Below are positions 33,545 to 44,474 of a stretch of DNA of 64,000 nucleotides, piece after piece. Source of the stretch: Setoptus koraiensis (taxonomy: Eukaryota; Animalia; Arthropoda). The stretch's first letter is position 1. Each line of letters begins with the position of its first letter. Both the position numbers and the translations under genes were made by a program. Under the pieces are notes generated by a model. The model saw nothing but the letters and a program-made list of their open reading frames with translations. It was not told where the DNA came from and made no database searches. The DNA lies in NCBI GenBank assembly GCA_048013815.1, contig CM106586.1, positions 6,014,001 through 6,078,000 of the forward strand, given 5' to 3'.

Positions 33545-34666
33545 TGTTAACCACCGAACTTCAAAATGTGACCATCGAACATAGACCATCGAACACTGAC
33601 CACCGAACATCGAACGAGCAGATGGAACTGTCATCAGAAATTCGAATTTTCAATTTCGAATTTCGAAGTTCGAAATGTGACCATCGAACTTCGTATTGTG
33701 ACCATCGAACTCTGTACAAGCACCTGAAACTAGTATCGGAAATTCGAATTTTCAATTTCGAAGTTCGAATTGTGACCATCGAATTTCGAAATGTGACCAT
33801 CGAACTTCGAATTGTCACCATCGAACTCTGTACAAGCACTTGGAACTCCAAATTTCTTTCGCAGCATGATTCACATGTTGATTGCATGCGTACGGATTTT
33901 GGTAAGATTCTAATGGTCAGTTTCGCCACAATGAGTAATTTAGTTAGTCATACCAATTAGTCAATGGCGCACACTTAGTTATTGTGCATCAATTTCGAAT
34001 ATCGAAGTTCGAATTGTGACCATCGAAATCTGTACGATCACCTGGAACTCGTATCGAAAATTCGAATTTTCAATTTCGAATTTCCAAGTTCGACGTTCGG
34101 AATTTGACCATCGAACCTCGGACATCGAACACTGACCATCGAACATCGAACGAGCAGCTGTAACTCTTATCAGAAATCCGAATTTTCAATTTCGAATTTC
34201 GAAGTTCGAATTGTGACCATCGAACTCTGACCACCGAACTCTGACCATCGAACATCGAACGAGCAGACGAAACTATCATTAGGAATTCGAATTTTCAATT
34301 TTCGAATTTCGAAGTTCGAATTGTGACCATCGAATTGTGACTATCGAACATCGAACTCTGACCATCGAACATCGAACGAGCAGCTGAAACTATCATCAGA
34401 AATTCGAATTTTCAATTTTGAACTTCGAAGTTCGAAGTGTGACCATCGAATTGTGACCACCAAACTCTGACCATCGAACATCAAACGAGCAGATGAAACT
34501 ATCATTAGGAATTCAAATTTTCAATTTTCGAATTTTGAAGTTCGAAGTTCGAATTGTGACCATCGAATTGTGACTATCGAACTGAGAACTGTGACCATCG
34601 AACGTCGAACGAGCAGCTGTAACTCTTATCAGAAATCCGAATTTTCAATTTCGAAGTTCGAAGTTC
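33545..34666. repeat. Large inverted block of the TTCGAA/TGACCATCGAAC satellite
   Basis: Repeated TGACCATCGAAC and TTCGAAGTTCGAA in ~120-bp higher-order units; reverse complement of 28195-28570. Confidence 0.88.
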
Positions 34667-35526
34667 GGGTGTTGTAGCGAATAGCGACCCAGTCAGATTT
34701 CGATGAAACTTTACACATTGGGCCCGTGGGGCCCCCTGACAACAGTTTGAGTGGTCCGGAAGTGCGGAAACTTCCGGTTCCGGTTTTACAAAAACATTGA
34801 GATACAGATTTGAAACTCACTAGATAACTGAAACTGTGCATGCGGAATACGATCATGTCTATTTCAAGTCTGTACGATGTCCGGTTCACGAGATATTTGG
34901 TTAAAACTGCTGAGAGGGCGTCGACGGGACGAACTATCCGCGCTCCTGAATGAATTCGTGCGCTCAGAGGCTCATGCAATTTATCACACAAGCTGGCACT
35001 GCCTTTTTTCTGTGCCAAAAACATGTCTCTAGTTCGTTCTTTCACCTTCATTCTTGTGTGGATTGCAGTCACCTGAGCGGAGGGTAGAGGGCGTAGCCCG
35101 ATACCCGAAGCGCTCATCAACCCTACCCGAAGGGTTCCCGTCGCACGCAGTCGTCGCGGGAGCGACGACGGAGATGTGACGGCCTCCAGAATACGAGGCC
35201 GCAGGCCGAGTTTTCAGACCCATTGCATGTTCATCCCCGAGCGCAGCGAAGCAATAATTCGGTCACTTCCGGTCTTCAAACCGTTGTAATATCTCTATTT
35301 CTAGACAACCGGAAGTCGTAGAGAGCTGAATAATAGTTCATCGTGTTCAGCGATGCCTGAAACCTCTCTCTGGTGAATTTCGGAGCTCTATCTTTAACTC
35401 TATGCAAAACCGTAACCAGAAGTTTTCGCACTTCCGGACTAACTTTATCGGTCTATTGAGGTCTAGATGTTCCTGTACCCGAAGTTTCATCGAAATCGGG
35501 GCGGGTCGCTATTCGCTACAACAACC
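34667..35526 (+). mobile_element. MITE copy 5
   Basis: TIRs GGGTGTTGTAGCGAATAGCGACCC / reverse complement GGTTGTTGTAGCGAATAGCGACCC; core at 35063-35219; flanks differ (CGAAGTTC vs AATTTTTC). Confidence 0.85.
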
Positions 35527-36010
35527 AATTTTTCCAGTGAATGATCATAGATATATGGAAAGTCTACCAAGTTGTTAGCTTATTGATCGTGAGTGAAATT
35601 TGAATTTTGTGTCATAACTCCGGCGCCGTTACTGACCGACGATGTACCAAGTTCCTGTACCTTCTTTCCCGTAGACGTCACCTCAAATCATCCTCGTCGA
35701 AGACGTCGTCTTGGTCCCTCCCTGCGCCCAGTTGTTCTATGAAACTCCACCATCAACCAAAGGTACGCTCACGATCGATAGACTGTGGGCATAGCCTCTG
35801 CAGACACTGCATTGGAGAATCTAACTCTACAGACATGATCTTAATCTAAGTCTGCCACCTCATCATCACATTCTAGTTGTTCGAAATTTGTTTACATGTT
35901 GTTGCTTCACAGTCTCGTGTGTAGATAGCTGGCTCTGCAGGCTGTTCAATTATTGATGAATTTCTACATTTAGTGTGTAGATACCTGGCTCGTTGACTTC
36001 TTAACAAATT

Positions 36011-36510
36011 NNNNNNNNNNNNNNNNNNNNNNNNNNNNNNNNNNNNNNNNNNNNNNNNNNNNNNNNNNNNNNNNNNNNNNNNNNNNNNNNNNNNNNNNNN
36101 NNNNNNNNNNNNNNNNNNNNNNNNNNNNNNNNNNNNNNNNNNNNNNNNNNNNNNNNNNNNNNNNNNNNNNNNNNNNNNNNNNNNNNNNNNNNNNNNNNNN
36201 NNNNNNNNNNNNNNNNNNNNNNNNNNNNNNNNNNNNNNNNNNNNNNNNNNNNNNNNNNNNNNNNNNNNNNNNNNNNNNNNNNNNNNNNNNNNNNNNNNNN
36301 NNNNNNNNNNNNNNNNNNNNNNNNNNNNNNNNNNNNNNNNNNNNNNNNNNNNNNNNNNNNNNNNNNNNNNNNNNNNNNNNNNNNNNNNNNNNNNNNNNNN
36401 NNNNNNNNNNNNNNNNNNNNNNNNNNNNNNNNNNNNNNNNNNNNNNNNNNNNNNNNNNNNNNNNNNNNNNNNNNNNNNNNNNNNNNNNNNNNNNNNNNNN
36501 NNNNNNNNNN
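36011..36510. other. Assembly gap (500 N)
   Basis: Run of N. Confidence 1.
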
Positions 36511-36521
36511 TCAGAGATCTA

Positions 36522-36543
36522 AAGCATGGTATCAACGGCAGAG

Positions 36544-36635
<92 letters not shown>
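36522..36635. other. SMART/SMARTer cDNA adapter plus oligo-dT/poly(A) (library artefact)
   Basis: AAGCATGGTATCAACGGCAGAGTAC differs from AAGCAGTGGTATCAACGCAGAGTAC by one deletion and one insertion, and is followed by about 89 T. An ATTAAA poly(A) signal lies on the minus strand at 36651-56. Confidence 0.95.
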
Positions 36636-36638
<3 letters not shown>

Positions 36639-39600
36639 ATCACATAACGTTTTAATGTGTACAACAGAAAATACCAATCATAATACTAAATTAAATTTAT
36701 AAATATTTTAAGACACGCATAATGTTGCCTGTGCACAAAATTTTTAGAAAAAACTGGAAATAAGTAACTAGATATCTTAATAAGAAAAGGTCACTGCATA
36801 CTATTTACTTGTTTCTTGTTCACATTCAGCGTCGGTAATAAGGTAAATGTTTTGAAAGAAAACACTATCTCTATATGAAAACTTTTTTGATGCCAAGGGC
36901 ATCTCGCATCATGTTGTCCCGCAATGACTCATAGAGCATTTAAAGTAATATCTTTCCATGATTCCCACACACAGTTCGACCTCGAGCGCCACAATACGCT
37001 GTGCGCGGCGCCATCAACCCGGAACGGGCGACTTAGCAAGATCATGATGACCATGCTATCTTGGGAGCACGATAGCGAGCTCTCTTATCACGGCACCTAC
37101 CTCTTCTACCTCCCAGCCGTTCACTTCTATGTGCTCTTTACGCTGTGATCACTCCCTGACGCACGACTGCAAGTGATGGCTAACTCAGTCAGAACAAGCG
37201 ACCACTCGCGCACCAATCAAATCTGACCAGACTGCATCATGCGCTAGGCACACCACGCGCTAAGACACACAGTATCACTTTCTAGCGATTATATATTCCT
37301 ACACGAGCAGTCTTATCACGTCTGCGTCATACAAATCTGTGACCCCACAGTACTATGTGAGTAATACTACTATCATCTTCTATCTATCCTCATGAAGAGC
37401 TCTCTTAGTCTTTCACCTAGAGCTCTATCTCACAGTTCAGACCCCCACACATATTATCTCTCATGCACGATAATTCCTACGAATCTCCGTCACACTTTCA
37501 ACACAAAATCTTTGAGCACTGGGAGAGGAGTACGCAGGTATATGCGATACTCCTAACATAATCATAGCCTCCGCTGAGTTGTCACTCTTACATGATCGAT
37601 ACAGAACTGACTCAGCAAGAGAAACACAATCATTAGCTCTATGTTTACTAGAGTGAAAGTATGCAAGTACAGCGCCGTGTGGAGAGTGAGTTATCGCGCG
37701 CCTTCATCTCGCGATCAAGAAATCTATGCTGTCGATTTAAGTGGTAACACACACAGTTGGAATACTTGGTATTTATATACTCTCTAAAGAGTGTCAGATC
37801 AGTGAGTATCTGATTTGTCATGTGACTCTCACACTACAAACTCAAGTCATCTGAGAGCAAATGATAGGCAATGTGGTGTCTTATATTGTAGTGCAGAGGG
37901 CGACGATTTAACACGTTCTTGTGGAGACAATACATTAGACCATTCAGGGTACGTCTTACTGAATACAATACTTGGTATCAGATGAGACAGGTCTCGGGAG
38001 ATTGATGCAAGGTAATCTCACTGAAGTGAGCTGACTCAGGAGCAGTAGAATGTGAGTAGATCAGTCAGTGTAGTGTGAGTGGATGTATAGGGCTGATACG
38101 TGTGTTCAAATAACGCGATAGAGGACTTGGACATGAAGGAGAATAGGGATGTCTTCAACTAGCGAGTGCAATGAGTGATGCACAAGTACACATAGTAATG
38201 ACTTGAAAAAGAGATCTCTTTAGACACAAGTACCACGATGCGAGGGTTCAGGCACCTATCAAGACTTCCTTCTATGTCACGTAGGGAGCGATTCATGCTG
38301 CGTCATAGCACAGAAGATATAGTCTAGTCACGGGAGAGGGGAGTGATTGAGAGACACGACTGGCACACTAAAGTCAGCAGCGTATGGAGAGAGATTTACT
38401 ATAACGTCTACAGTTAGTGTCAAGGCTGATAGAGTGGAGTAGGGAGACAGGAGACTCACACACGTTGTGGAGTGATATAGAGCGTAATTAATGACGGTCA
38501 GAACACAGCACTGAGGGCTAGCACGTGAGACATATGGTGTAGGGTTACGAGGATTAGTGCCAGAGTGGTATGGTAGTGAGGAAATATCAAGTGTTCACAA
38601 TGACCAACAACAACACATCAGATGGGACAAGGTATGAGGCATTAGGGGTGCGCATAATGAGTGGCAACATATGACGGTGGTGATGGATGTAACACACACA
38701 AGATGAGAGTAGCGAGGAGCGCAAGCGAGGCGTGGGTAGATGCATATTGCAGGTCATAGTATGTGTGAGCTCGTACGAGTGGAGTGACGGTCATGTCATA
38801 GAGACAGGAGACTAGTCACGGTGGGGGATCGATATGATGAGTGGTGTTGGATATAGAGTCGTGGGTCGAGTGAGCGAGGAAGACATGATCAGGGAGTGAG
38901 GAGGATACTAAGCAGATACAGTAGAGGAGTCAAAATTATGTGCTGAACATGACTGGCGGGTGTAGATGTGGGTTGAGGGAGGGGATCAAGTTGGGTGCGG
39001 AGTTAAGACATAGGATGTGGACTAGAGAGATAGTAGATATACAACAGTATTATACTCATCTTGGAGGAGTTAGATGCGTGGGTATGAGATGGTGATGTGT
39101 GATGTAGAGGATTAGATATACGCTAGAGGGGACGGTGTTTAGTGTGTATTTAGAGATTAGATGAGGTGACAGACAGACGCGTGGGCACGAGTTGGAGTGT
39201 GGAATTGGTGAAATCTAGTGACGTTTGAGGTTACTGGGATATAGAGTTGGGTGTGCGAGTGGACGAGAGTAGTGTAGTGGTGACGGTCGAGGTACAACGA
39301 AGTACCGAGTGTGATGAGAGAGGATGCACAGTAGTTGATACTACAGGCGCAATCATCACAACAGGATGGAGAGTATCTAGTTGATAGTGACTGAGGAATG
39401 ACTAGTATGACACTCAGTCACATAAGTGGAGTAGTGGTCAGATTGAGTGAATCTAAGATCACAACATCAATATATGCAGATATAACACTATGGCATTGTA
39501 GATGTAGGAGAACATGTGCACGAGTGCTAGGTTAGGATAAGTAGCAGTGACATGTGAGTGCTAGAGTATCACGACGACAAGTAATACGGGGGATGAGTGT

Positions 39601-41900
39601 GTGGGATGGGTTCTAGTTGGCAGAGGTGGGATGCGTGTGATGTGGGTGTGTGTGGTCTGTCCACTCTATTGTGATGTACTCTCCAGTACATGACACAGAG
39701 TCTATTACTTTCTAGAGAGCGTCTCTGTTTGTTGAGTGGAGAACTGCACAATGTGACACAGAGTGAGAGGATGCAGAGGATAGACGTAGGATAGTGTGAC
39801 ACAGTGGTGTTGATGAGGTATAGAATGCTCGACGTGTATGTCTCGTAGTAGAATATATGATATCAGATGTGTGCAGACATGAGACGAATATGCAGTAGGG
39901 ATAGTACACAAACACTACAGTGCAGAGGAGGGACTGTAGTGTGTTGACACATGAGGTTAGATTGGGGTGAGGACATACTGAGCGTTTAGTACATGGGAAG
40001 GTGTAGTCTCTGCAAGCTGACGTTACGAGACATCGAGATTATTGAAGAGACTATTCTCACTCGATAGATTTAAGCGAGCAATACAGAGTGAGGTGACAGC
40101 AATATGGCCTCAATGTGGTCTCAGGACTAGTGAGGGATATAGACGGATCAAGGATGTTCAACTTACTACGACACTCATGTGTGTTAGTAGGCACGAAGGA
40201 GACAAATTAGAAGCGTATCAAGGGGCATATGTTCTGAGAAAATTCACTAACATATATAGGGGTGTGTGTGATGTGACATCATTGATACACATGTCAATAG
40301 ATGTTAGAGAGACATCATTACTACATTATGATGTGATGGGTACATTGAGTGATACTACAACTCTAAGAGAAGTAGAGTATGGTGAGGCGTAGATCTGTGA
40401 AGGCAGATGTAGTGATAGCGATAAGATGTCCAATTAGACTAGTGGACAGAGGGTTTTACATTAGAGTGAGAGGAATAAGTTGTTGGTGTATTTGATTTAT
40501 TAGGCATGACAAGCGTTGGCAGTCTGCAACAGATAGTGACAGACAGCATATATCGTAGATGGGTCTCTCTATTATGTCACAGCGCGGTGAAAAAGACAAT
40601 GTCTCGTATACATATTTATATTGTGTGACACAGCATGCTGGAGGAGCAATAATTCCACTGATAGATCTTCATGAAGAGAATACAGGAGAGTCAATAAGTT
40701 GTATAGTGACACTATATACTCATAGCACTACTCATTCAATCTCTTACACACATATGATCTTAGATTGGGATACAGGTTGTATGGATGAAGCACGAGTAGT
40801 GCCTCTACAGGGAAGATTGACTTAGTCAACTAGGGAGACGATGACATAGTGCAGTATTGTGAGTACAGTGAGTAACTGGAGATGAGTTACATGATGAGAT
40901 GACGGATGCTATAAGTATTTTGTTTTAGATGAGACGTGCACGACAGAGTGTATGTGAACTAGTATACAGTGTGAACATTGACATTCAATTCATTGATGGC
41001 GAGGTAGGAATTGTGATAACATAGTCTTACACGACAGGGGTAGTATACAGAGTGCTGTATATCAGATATGGTGGAGTGTCAGGAGTATGAGATTATTTTC
41101 TAGTGACTCTCTCAACATATTATATATACTTGTTGTATCGTTCTGATGTAGTTGGAATGATGTTGGTATTTGTTTATTGTTGGGTTGTTTTTTGGGATGG
41201 TTTTGTTGGTTTGTGGTTGTTTGATTTTGAAGTTTTTTGTTTTGGGGTTATTTAGGTTTTGGTGTGGGTGGTGTTTTAATTATGGTGGGTTGTTTGTTTT
41301 TTTGGTGTTTTTGTGGGGTTTGTGAGGTGAAAAATATTATGGGTGTGGTTGTTTTGTTTTTAGTGGGGTTGGTGTGTGTAAATGTTTAGAGAGGTGATTA
41401 AAGGTGAGAGGTAATGTAATGTGGTGTTAGAGTGGGTGTGGTGATATGAGGTGGTGGTGGTGTGGGTGTGTGTGTGGGGTGTAGGGAGTGAGTGGTGGTG
41501 TGGGTGTTGGTGGTGGTGGGTGTGGGGTGTTGAGAGGTGGGGTGTGTTGGGGTGGATTAGTGTGTGGTGTGGTGTGTTGTGGGTGTTGTTAGTGATGGGT
41601 TGTTTGGGGTGGGGGGTGGTGGGGTGGGTGGTTGTGGGTTGGTGGGGTAGGTTTGGGGGGTGGTTTGGTGGGGGTGGGGTTGGTGTGGGGTTGGTGTTGG
41701 GGAGTGGTGTAGGGTTGAGGGGGTTTGGGGTTTTGGTTAGTGATTTGTTTTGGGGGAGAGATGGGGGTGATTTTTATGAGGGGAGGGTTGGGTTGTGGTT
41801 GTGGTAAGGAAATAGTGTTGGTTGAAGAGGGGTGTAAGGGGATTTGGGTATTTTGAATTGGTATTGGTGGTATGGTATGAATGGTTGGACGAGGAATATA
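36636..41900. other. Low-quality single long-read (cDNA-derived) sequence, not genuine genomic DNA
   Basis: Follows the adapter. An mRNA 3'UTR-like start decays into ORF-poor, quasi-random sequence with drifting composition (purine-rich, then almost only G/T at 41.1-41.9 kb). Confidence 0.8.
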
Positions 41901-41919
41901 CTGTTTCTTATTATTTTAT

Positions 41920-42235
41920 TGAATTTAATTTTTAAGTTAAAAAGCTTAAATTTATTTATAGGACGAGAAGACCCTATAGAGTTTATATACATTATTCTAT
42001 TTATTTTGTTTGTTTATTTTATTTAGTATTTAATATATTTTATTGGGGTGATTGGAAGAATTAATTAACTCTTTTTGTTTAAATATACATTGATTTATGA
42101 ATACTTGATCCAATTTTGTTGATTATAAGATTAAATTACCTTAGGGATAACAGCGTAATCTTTTTTGAGAGTTCTTATTGATAAATGGGTTTGCGACCTC
42201 GATGTTGGATTAAGGTTTAATTTGGGTGTAGAATT
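41920..42235 (+). rRNA. rrnL: Mitochondrial 16S (LSU) rRNA fragment, domain V; chimeric read or NUMT
   Basis: Conserved blocks GACGAGAAGACCCTATAGAG, TTGGGGTGA, TTACCTTAGGGATAACAGCGTAAT, GCGACCTCGATGTTGGATTAAG in AT-rich context. Confidence 0.93.
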
Positions 42236-42267
42236 TTTTTCTCCTGCCTTATATTATATTATTTTCC

Positions 42268-42528
42268 ATGAATGCCGATATTGCCATAAAAATGACCCGG
42301 CCAAGAGATGCACCGACGGATATCTGGACAGTGGATGCCATCGTTGACCATAGGATAGAGGATATCGATGGTCAAAAACAATTATATTACAAGATCCGCT
42401 GGTCCCCAGCTGGTTCATATCCCGATAGCTGGGAACCAGCAACTAATTGTTTGCAAGCCGAGAGCGCAGTGGTCATTTACTGGGAGCTGAGGGCATTCAT
42501 GCTATATGACCAAAACACCTGGGAATAA
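42268..42528 (+). CDS. Stand-alone chromodomain ORF, 86 aa
   Basis: IWTVDAIVDHRIE..YYKIRW..PDSWEPATNC follows the chromodomain consensus (Y/W-x-V-E/D-x-I-x-D-x-R ... Y-x-V/I-K/R-W ... D/N-S/T-W-E-P). Confidence 0.8.
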   Translation: MNADIAIKMTRPRDAPTDIWTVDAIVDHRIEDIDGQKQLYYKIRWSPAGSYPDSWEPATNCLQAESAVVIYWELRAFMLYDQNTWE

Positions 42529-42551
42529 TATTATCCACCATACGACCAATC

Positions 42552-43092
42552 GGTATCGGGCTGCGCCCTCTACCCTCCGCTCACATGACTGCAATCCATA
42601 CACGAATGATAGAAAAAGAACGAAATGGGGACGCATGGAAGGCTCTGAACATGTATCCGGCACAGAAAAGGAGCTGCGCATCCTTAAGTGTTGAACAGAA
42701 TGGGCCTGATAGCGCACGTATTTGTTCGTGCGCGCGGGTATTCCGTCCCGTCTACGCCCCTGCAGCGGTTTCATCCAGATATCTCGTCAACCGGAAGTGA
42801 GACAAATTTGAAATTGACGTTATCGTACTCTGCGTGCTCTGATTCACATGTATAGTGAGTTTCAAGCCTGTATCTCATTTTTTTTGTAAAACCGGAACCG
42901 GAAGTTTCCGCACTTCCGGACCACCGAGGTTATTGTTTTTGGGCCCTACGGGCCCCGTGTGTGAAGTTTCATCGAAATCTGACTGGGGCACTATTCGCTA
43001 CAACACCCCGAATCCGTTGTTTGGGGGCCCTACGGGACCAATGTGTGAAGTTTGGTGGAAATCTGAGTGTGGCACTATTCGCTACAACACCC
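42552..43092 (-). mobile_element. MITE copy 6, truncated mid-core, with tandemly duplicated terminal TIR segment
   Basis: 42552-43008 is a near-identical reverse complement of 28834-29294. The terminus CACTATTCGCTACAACACCC occurs twice, ending near 43008 and 43092. Confidence 0.85.
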
Positions 43093-44474
43093 AATTTGTG
43101 TTCCTAGTATTGGTGCTATACGCCATTTTTGATCATGTGGGCTCATACAATACATGTGATTTTCGATCAAATGTGCCCATGAAAATTCGAACTTCTGATA
43201 AGAGTTTCAGCTGCTCGTTCAAAGTTCGTGGTTCAGTGTTCGATGGTCGATATGCTAACAAAGATTTGAATGATTACAATGTTCTGGATACTCATTTCTC
43301 TACAATGCCACAACTATAACTTACGACGACGCAATAAAGATAAATCGCTCCCATCTCCATTCAAGTAGCGATTTAAGTCAATCAATCATGATAGACAAAA
43401 ACAGAGTGAAAGAGTAAGTGCTTTCTCCTGACTGAATCTAGCAATGATATAACCAGAGACATGTGCACAAGCCTTAAACTGTGAAGAATCCTCTAGTTGT
43501 GGTGAGACATGAATCCATTCGCCTATTTTAGCCATCGTAGATTTTTTCGGTTTCAATTTACTGCAATTCTTAAAAGGGAATTTGAACGACGAAATCTATT
43601 TATTGCCGGCGTAAGGCGATATATGGCCTGGAACAGGCATAGAGATGTTGGAACGACAAGCTCAACCTGATATTAAGTAAATATGGACTGACAGCAACAA
43701 GAACAGATCCATGTCTATACCATGGCACTTGCGAAAACCATCGTATACTCACGGCCACATGGGTGGACGAATGTATCGCTGCAGTCGGAAATCAATAGAT
43801 ATTGAGCGAAATCATCGAGCACATGGACAATCAAATTAAGATAAAAGTTGTTCAAACTAATTACTTTGTTGGTTTCGAGATTAACACAATTTAACATTAC
43901 TTTAAAACGACTACATCTCTTCAAGGCTTGACAGGTTTGAGATGACAAATTGTAAGACATACTAAGTGTTCGATGAAACTTCACGCATCCGGTGGAGGAG
44001 TGAAACTGCGTCTGAGGATCGTTACGGTTGGTCGATCATATACGGGCTGAATCATCGACAGAATTCTGAGCACGCACTTCGGGGCTGCGCCCCCCAGGAA
44101 GTGCCACGATGTGCAGGTGGGCCTTTGGCTCACTCGCATAGGCCGGCCTACCGTCACGCATCCCGGGAAAGGATTGTTTCCCGTAGGCTGGGGGTCGAGA
44201 AGACTGGGCCCGCGATGAGGCCGGGTTCTGTTTGGTCTCGCGTTCAAGTTGCAAGCCTGAATGAACAATTATGCCAAATAGGGTACTCTATTCGCGTTAG
44301 TTCTCGGGACGGAAAACAGTGCATTTCTCGAGATCGGATTGTCGAATATGATTTCATCTGAGGTCATCGCGTACATTGAGACGAGGGCTGTGCGGTAATG
44401 CCAAAATTTACGGTATAAGACTTCTGTGAGACCAATAAAACAGATTTTTCCATATCTGCGGAAGTAAAAATTTC

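Noticed and set aside
35873-36664. 263-aa poly-Lys/X ORF
   Set aside because: Artefact of the poly(T) tail and N gap.
36924-41992. Short ORFs and G-rich tracts (possible G-quadruplex or telomere-like sequence at 41.4-41.8 kb)
   Set aside because: Inside a low-quality read; no regular telomeric period.
43340-43984. Minus-strand degenerate protein-like frames
   Set aside because: Multiple stops and no identifiable motif.
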